Below, piece after piece: positions 58,616 to 64,000 of a stretch of DNA of 64,000 bases (position 1 is the first letter of the stretch; each line of letters opens with the position of its first letter). The position numbers and the translations under genes are program-made. Under the pieces are notes generated by a model, which did not search any database, was not told where the DNA came from, and saw only the letters and a list, made by a program, of their open reading frames with translations. The DNA lies in IMG/VR virus record IMGVR_UViG_3300006127_001273, positions 1 through 64,000 of that record. One strand, written 5' to 3'. Origin of the DNA: a virus. Lineage: Duplodnaviria; Caudoviricetes.

Positions 58616-59016
58616 ACGAAGATTTTGATTTAGAAAAATTTGTAGAATTATTTGATATAGCAATGACATCAGATAATCCTACTGTAAGAAAAGCATTTAA
58701 AAATTTAATGATCGTTGCGGCATTAGTAGATTCGGAAAATACCAGTAAATCACTCGGACCATTAAAAGAGATTCTTACTGAATTTAGAAAGCTGTCTAAT
58801 CGGGTGAACACATTAGAGGTATCTAGGTATACATCAACGCCTTATACTAACGGAAATGTTACAATTAATACTAATACTCCGTACTATGGAATAGCACCTA
58901 CATATACTTCTACTACTAGCGTATCGACTGCAAATATGGGGTATACTATTACTAATGATCAACTCGATAAGTACTCTCACATTTATACTACTTTAAGCAA
59001 ACCTACCGATGAATAA
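58612..59016 (+). CDS. Hypothetical protein
   Basis: ATGA overlap at 58612; helical N-terminus and Thr/Tyr-rich tail. Confidence 0.55.
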   Translation: MNEDFDLEKFVELFDIAMTSDNPTVRKAFKNLMIVAALVDSENTSKSLGPLKEILTEFRKLSNRVNTLEVSRYTSTPYTNGNVTINTNTPYYGIAPTYTSTTSVSTANMGYTITNDQLDKYSHIYTTLSKPTDE

Positions 59017-60670
59017 AGATTTAACAGCAACACAGAACGATTATGCAGTATTCTTACCTGCAACATCTGGATTCTATGCTACCTTTATCGGAAAACAACG
59101 GTATAGCAATTATGTCGACCCTGCAAGACTTCCCACATCATTCACTAATGGTGTAGAAAGTCTCAACTACCTAGAGCCAGAAAAGGGATTATTTTACTAT
59201 AACTGGTGCTTATATTCTGCAGGCCATGCTAACTTAGATATTAGTAAGCAAGACGAAGCAGAAGATATGTTTCGAAATAGAGATAGAACTACTAGTTGGG
59301 TTCTCGGTGATTCGGGCGGATTTCAGATCGGCAAAGGCGTATGGGAAGGAGATTGGAAAAATCCTAATTGTCCAAAAGCACAAAAGAAGAGAGAACAGGT
59401 TCTAGCATGGATGGACGCATACATGGATTATGGTATGTGTTTAGATATTCCGGCATGGGTATGTCGTAGTCCCGAAGGGCAAAAAGCAACTGGTATCCGA
59501 ACATATGAAGAAGCAGTAGATGCAACGTACATTAACAATGAATACTTCGTTAATAATCGAAACGGTAATTGTAAGTTTCTAAATGTTCTTCAGGGAGAAA
59601 ATCACGCGCAAGCTGATGATTGGTATAATCGAATGAAGAAGTATTGCGATCCAAATATCTACGGTGATAAGGCATTTAACGGGTGGGCGATGGGCGGACA
59701 AAACATGTGCGATGTTCACTTAATTCTAAAAAGATTAGTCACACTACGATTCGACGGATTATTAGAACAAGGTAAACAAGATTGGATGCACTTCTTAGGA
59801 ACTAGCAAATTAGAATGGGCAGTATTATTAACTGATATTCAACGTGCTGTTCGTAAATATCACAATCCTAACTTTACTATTAGTTTTGACTGTGCAAGCC
59901 CATTCCTAGCAACTGCAAATGGACAGATTTATATTCAAACTGAAACTAAAGATAGAGAAAAGTGGGTTTATAGAATGGTTCCAAGTGCAGATAATAAAAA
60001 GTATTCATCCGACACACGATTGTTTAAAGATGCTGTTGTACAAGATAAACTTTTTAAAAAGAAATCAAATAGCAATGAATTCTATGGGTTTGAATCTAGT
60101 CCTCTAATTGACCAGGTCGAAATGAAGGACGTCTGTATTTACAGTGCAGGAGTTCCTAATCCTACCTTACCAAAAAATGTAACACCGGATCCATACAATC
60201 CCGATCATTGGGAAGTATTACCTAGTTACAATAAATTAGGAAAAGTAAGCGAACGGACAAGTTGGGATAGTTTCAGTTATGCTATTCAAATGGGTCATAA
60301 CGTGTGGCATCATATCAATGCTGTGCAAGAAGCAAATCGTCAATATGACATCGATGTTAGACCATCAATGCTTATTCGAGACGGTCTTGTAAAAACAGAA
60401 TACTTTAGAAATCTAGTCGACGAAATTTTTCAAATAGACGATTTCGATAAAGCAATGGCACTTGTTGAAGAAAATGAAAAGTATTGGGATACTATTATCG
60501 GAACTAGAGGTAACACTGGAAAACGTCTTATGAATTCTTCAACGAATTTTCATAATTTGTTTGAAGAAGTTCCGCAAGAAGAATCCGACGATGACTTTGA
60601 AACAGATCCTGATAACTTTTCAGAAGAGAAACTTGATAAATTAGAAGAAGAACTTAGAAATGAAACGTAA
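59009..60670 (+). CDS. dpdA: TGT-fold transglycosylase, DpdA-like (7-deazaguanine insertion into DNA)
   Basis: LGDSGGFQ, CLDIP, NVLQG, GWAMGG, HFLGTS, SFDCASP: TGT catalytic motifs; no obvious tRNA-TGT Zn site; queD and T-fold genes in window. Confidence 0.75.
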   Translation: MNKDLTATQNDYAVFLPATSGFYATFIGKQRYSNYVDPARLPTSFTNGVESLNYLEPEKGLFYYNWCLYSAGHANLDISKQDEAEDMFRNRDRTTSWVLGDSGGFQIGKGVWEGDWKNPNCPKAQKKREQVLAWMDAYMDYGMCLDIPAWVCRSPEGQKATGIRTYEEAVDATYINNEYFVNNRNGNCKFLNVLQGENHAQADDWYNRMKKYCDPNIYGDKAFNGWAMGGQNMCDVHLILKRLVTLRFDGLLEQGKQDWMHFLGTSKLEWAVLLTDIQRAVRKYHNPNFTISFDCASPFLATANGQIYIQTETKDREKWVYRMVPSADNKKYSSDTRLFKDAVVQDKLFKKKSNSNEFYGFESSPLIDQVEMKDVCIYSAGVPNPTLPKNVTPDPYNPDHWEVLPSYNKLGKVSERTSWDSFSYAIQMGHNVWHHINAVQEANRQYDIDVRPSMLIRDGLVKTEYFRNLVDEIFQIDDFDKAMALVEENEKYWDTIIGTRGNTGKRLMNSSTNFHNLFEEVPQEESDDDFETDPDNFSEEKLDKLEEELRNET

Positions 60671-61184
60671 TTATTCAACCGGAACTACAGATAATGTTAC
60701 ATTTTTTACCGGAGTTGAAATTGAAAAGACTCCTGCTTACGGAAAGCAAACGCTTTTCGTAGTGGGACTACATCCGGTAAACACAATTGAAGAAGTATTA
60801 GCCGAAACTACATATGATACAAGGCATATCTTTTTTGGCGCTAATCATAGTTTTAATCCGCGAATTTCCGAAGATTGGGATCAATGGGAAAAAATGATAA
60901 CTCACTTTTTAGAGAAAGGTTACTTGTGTTCATTAGACATCCCGTTATCACATGCTGAAGAGTTTAATGAAGGGGGATTGTGCAGTTACGGCACTTTTAT
61001 TCCGCAAATTAGAATACCATTGCCTTACATGCAACTTTGGAATTATAATACTATGATCAAACTCGATGATAAAGGATTTAATGCAACTAATCCTGGTGTT
61101 TGGAGTCATAGTTTACATGAGCTGAAGGATCGTGAGAATTTTACTTCATGGTATGATTATAAAAATGACAGAATTATTAAATAA
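60660..61184 (+). CDS. Hypothetical protein coupled to dpdA-like gene
   Basis: 174 aa; FFTGVEIEKTP, HIFFGANHSF, KLDD.GFNATNPGVW. Confidence 0.6.
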   Translation: MKRNYSTGTTDNVTFFTGVEIEKTPAYGKQTLFVVGLHPVNTIEEVLAETTYDTRHIFFGANHSFNPRISEDWDQWEKMITHFLEKGYLCSLDIPLSHAEEFNEGGLCSYGTFIPQIRIPLPYMQLWNYNTMIKLDDKGFNATNPGVWSHSLHELKDRENFTSWYDYKNDRIIK

Positions 61185-61200
61185 GATTCGTTCTTATCTA

Positions 61201-61229
61201 TTGACATATTATAATGTATTTGTTACAAT
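61201..61229 (+). promoter_or_regulatory. sigma70 promoter (extended -10)
   Basis: TTGACA (61201-61206), 17 nt spacer, TGnTACAAT (-10 at 61224-61229). Confidence 0.65.
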
Positions 61230-61258
61230 AAACTATAAATTAACAATAAAGAACAAAA

Positions 61259-61636
61259 ATGAGTCAACAAGAAACTAATATGATTTGGGTAACGTTTAGA
61301 AAGGAGGGCATCCATGCATACCCTGCTGCACTAACCGAACCTGCACTCGAGGATGTTAAATTTTTAGGACATCCTCATAGACATATGTTTCATTTTAAAG
61401 TTTGGATTCAAGTATATCACGATGACAGAGATATCGAATTCATTCTATTTAAACGCGAGCTCGAAGGGTTATATAACAACTCTGTACTTGAGCTTAACAA
61501 CAAATCTTGCGAAATGATTGCTCGTGATTTATACGAAGAAATCCATCGCAGATATCCAGGCCGCGAGGTTTGTATCGATGTAAGTGAAGATGGCGAAAAC
61601 GGCTGCTTCATTAAATTTCCTTTCACTATATTTTAA
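61259..61636 (+). CDS. QueD-paralog T-fold protein, DpdL-like (putative CDG decarboxylase)
   Basis: EGIH, LGHPHRHMF (LxxxHRHxF), DRDIEF, SCEMIA, VSEDGENG; lacks the QueD CxxxHGH motif. Confidence 0.6.
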   Translation: MSQQETNMIWVTFRKEGIHAYPAALTEPALEDVKFLGHPHRHMFHFKVWIQVYHDDRDIEFILFKRELEGLYNNSVLELNNKSCEMIARDLYEEIHRRYPGREVCIDVSEDGENGCFIKFPFTIF

Positions 61637-61650
61637 GAGATAATAATAAA

Positions 61651-61923
61651 ATGGCTAACAACGAGAGATATTCAAACAAGCAATCTAAGCAAACTTATTT
61701 TGAACGTCGACCCGATATTGTTAAGATCTTTGATGATCTTGAAGCATACCTTAATTTTTGCCGCATTGAACTGTTGCCATACAATCCGGCAGACTTGTAT
61801 AATAAACACGCAAAAACTTGGCAGATTTACGAGCGCGAAGTAAAGGGTCATAAGCGTCCATGGAATAACGACCGCCGTAATCAAAAGCAAGGTGCAAGAG
61901 TTAATAAGCCAAGGTCACACTGA
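61651..61923 (+). CDS. Hypothetical protein
   Basis: 90 aa, IFDDLEAYLNFCR..YNPADLY; basic tail. Confidence 0.6.
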   Translation: MANNERYSNKQSKQTYFERRPDIVKIFDDLEAYLNFCRIELLPYNPADLYNKHAKTWQIYEREVKGHKRPWNNDRRNQKQGARVNKPRSH

Positions 61924-63008
61924 TGACTATCTTTCTAGTTGACTTAGAGGCGGTTTCGACACGATACACAGAACAATGGAAGGCCTATGTACCGCTTCTG
62001 CTACAAGAACAAGGACATAAAGTACATGTTATTTCAGGCCCTACTGATATCCCAAATGATACTACTCCTGGTGCTTTTCTCAATTTTGCTGGCACCAATA
62101 TCTATAAGGCTGCACAAGTTGAGGCTATGGCTAGATTGTTCTCCGAAGGCAAGGTGGTTGCTGGCGATCATTTTATTTTCACAGATGCTTGGCATCCTGG
62201 CGTTATCAACTTAAAGTACATGAGTGAATTGTTACAAATTCCTGTAACAATTCACGCACTGTGGCATGCTGGTAGTTATGATCCGCAAGACTTTTTAGGT
62301 AGACTCATTGGTGATGAACCGTGGGTACGTCACGCTGAACAAAGTTTCTTCCACGCGATCGATCATAATTACTTTGCTACAGATTTTCATATAGACATGT
62401 TCTTTGAGAACTTATTAGGTGTTAATTTCAATCCCGGATTTAATGTTGCAAATAAAGTAGTACGCACTGGCTGGCCGATGGAATATATGGAATCTACATT
62501 AGATCCGTTTAAGAATATGGCTAAACGAGATTTAATTTTATTTCCGCATCGAATTGCTCCAGAAAAGCAAGTAGAGATTTTTAAAGACCTCGAAAAAAGT
62601 TTGCCGCAATACGAGTTTGTTGTTTGCCAAGAAAATAAATTAACAAAAGATCAATACCACACATTGCTAGGTGAATCAAAAATGGTCTTTAGTGCTAATT
62701 TACAAGAAACCCTCGGCATTAGCATGTATGAAGGTGCGATTGTAAATTCAATTCCATTAGTGCCGGATAGATTAAGTTATTCCGAAATGTACATCGACGA
62801 ATTTAAGTATCCTAGCGAATGGACGCTATCGTGGGATCATTATATTGCCAACAAAGATAAAGTTTGTCAGCATATTACAGATCTTATGACAGATTATGAT
62901 TCTATCACTAGTAAGATAGAACAACAAAAAGAGGTCCTGCGAGATAAGTTTTTCTCAGCAGGTGTATTAATCGAGCATATTAAATGGCCACAACAGCTAC
63001 TACAATAA
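61923..63008 (+). CDS. GT-B glycosyltransferase (GT4-like)
   Basis: LWHAGSYD, FPHRIAPEKQ, QETLGISMYEG (ExxGxxxxE signature), VPDRLSYSEM. Confidence 0.75.
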   Translation: MTIFLVDLEAVSTRYTEQWKAYVPLLLQEQGHKVHVISGPTDIPNDTTPGAFLNFAGTNIYKAAQVEAMARLFSEGKVVAGDHFIFTDAWHPGVINLKYMSELLQIPVTIHALWHAGSYDPQDFLGRLIGDEPWVRHAEQSFFHAIDHNYFATDFHIDMFFENLLGVNFNPGFNVANKVVRTGWPMEYMESTLDPFKNMAKRDLILFPHRIAPEKQVEIFKDLEKSLPQYEFVVCQENKLTKDQYHTLLGESKMVFSANLQETLGISMYEGAIVNSIPLVPDRLSYSEMYIDEFKYPSEWTLSWDHYIANKDKVCQHITDLMTDYDSITSKIEQQKEVLRDKFFSAGVLIEHIKWPQQLLQ

Positions 63009-63400
63009 ATTTACCGCATCCGTATACAATTACAAATGGTACATCAGGGGCAACATTAACATCTAATCTTGGAGTAAATGGTGCTAGTGTTAGTTGGACT
63101 ACTCCTAACACTAATTTTATTAATGGTACAGGTAAAACAGTAATGACAATTCCTCACGGTGGAGACGAAATTATTGTAGAGCCGAATGCAGCATTAGTTG
63201 TAAAAGGGTCAGTTAAAATAAACGGAGTAGATTTGGAAGAAAGATTAGAAAGAATTGAAACACTCTTACATATTCCAACCCGTGATACAGCAATGGAAAA
63301 TGAATTTCCTAAGTTAAAGAAACTGTGGGAAGAATATAATCAAGAATTAGAAAAATATAAAACTTGGAAAAGGCTAAACAATGGACAAGAGAAGAATTAA
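62984..63400 (+). CDS. Hypothetical protein
   Basis: 138 aa; Thr-rich N-terminus, C-terminal coiled coil. Confidence 0.55.
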   Translation: MATTATTINLPHPYTITNGTSGATLTSNLGVNGASVSWTTPNTNFINGTGKTVMTIPHGGDEIIVEPNAALVVKGSVKINGVDLEERLERIETLLHIPTRDTAMENEFPKLKKLWEEYNQELEKYKTWKRLNNGQEKN

Positions 63401-63908
63401 GCATAAAGAATTTAAGAAACTAGTACAAGACATCTGCAATCAAATCGAAAAGAGCAATTGGAAGCCTGACTATATTGTAGGTATTACACGAGGTGGATTA
63501 ATGCCTGCGTTGTATATTAGTCATTATCTCAAGGTTCCTATGAATACTTTAAAGATTAATCTTAGAGACCATACAGAAAACGATTGTGAAACTAATTGCT
63601 GGATGGCCGACGATGCATATGGATATAATGGAGATATTGATCAGCAAGTTTGCAAAAATATTCTAGTAGTAGACGACATTAATGATACCGGTGCAACACT
63701 TAATTGGTTAATGGCTGATTGGCAGTCTAGTTGTTTGCCCAACGACGCACGATGGGATCATGTGTGGAATCAAAATGTAAAATTTGCAGTACTAGTCGAT
63801 AATTTATCGAGTGATTGCAAAGTAAAAATGGACTTTTGCGGAATGGAAATTAACAAAGCCGAACAGGACGTTTGGATTGATTTTCCATATGAATCATGGT
63901 GGAAATAA
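63381..63908 (+). CDS. Type I purine phosphoribosyltransferase (Gpt/HPRT-like)
   Basis: IVGITRGGLMPA, ILVVDDINDTGAT PRPP-binding loop, WIDFPYE. Confidence 0.85.
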   Translation: MDKRRIKHKEFKKLVQDICNQIEKSNWKPDYIVGITRGGLMPALYISHYLKVPMNTLKINLRDHTENDCETNCWMADDAYGYNGDIDQQVCKNILVVDDINDTGATLNWLMADWQSSCLPNDARWDHVWNQNVKFAVLVDNLSSDCKVKMDFCGMEINKAEQDVWIDFPYESWWK

Positions 63909-64000
63909 TGACCGAATTAACTGCACAACAACTAAGAGAAAAGATTGAACAAGTTAAAAAGGATGTTGAGTTAGTAAGAAATTCTGCAGACTCGGGTCAC
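63908..64000 (+). CDS. Partial ORF running off window end
   Basis: TAATG overlap; MTELTAQQLREKIEQVKKDVELVRNSADSGH... Confidence 0.5.
   Translation, partial: MTELTAQQLREKIEQVKKDVELVRNSADSGH

Overview
AT-rich, gene-dense 64-kb segment of a large lytic dsDNA tailed phage with T4-like organisation: gp9/gp10-type baseplate N-termini, TAAATA late promoters alongside near-consensus sigma70 promoters, family-B DNA polymerase, clamp loader and DsbA-like protein. The host is probably a Gram-negative bacterium (spanins, lipoproteins, ClpA, ADP-heptose epimerase). Order of modules: partial tail fibre; ADP-heptose/glycosyltransferase cluster; QueD, UvsE and a GIY-YIG homing endonuclease; a ~25-kb tail/baseplate block (3853-aa and 2070-aa proteins plus a GT25); mini-DnaE fragment, GroES, clamp loader, CysC-like kinase, dCMP deaminase, HNH and PhoH; lysis cassette; DnaJ and ClpA; a cluster of putative capsid-packaged, protease-processed proteins; PolB and a putative sliding clamp; and a 7-deazaguanine DNA-modification locus (DpdA-like TGT, DpdL-like T-fold protein, GT-B glycosyltransferase, purine PRTase). 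Best novelty candidates: (1) the deazaguanine locus with a linked glycosyltransferase and PRTase; (2) phycobiliprotein-like helical repeats in the giant virion protein; (3) capsid-targeted modular polyproteins with LxE cleavage sites, including a nucleotidyltransferase; (4) a bistable RNA switch in the phoH leader and tandem pseudoknots in the polB leader; (5) a possible virion heptosylation system; (6) a DnaE fragment that stops just before its catalytic aspartates. No tRNA, rRNA or CRISPR array was seen. All family calls come from motif recognition by eye, not from database searches.
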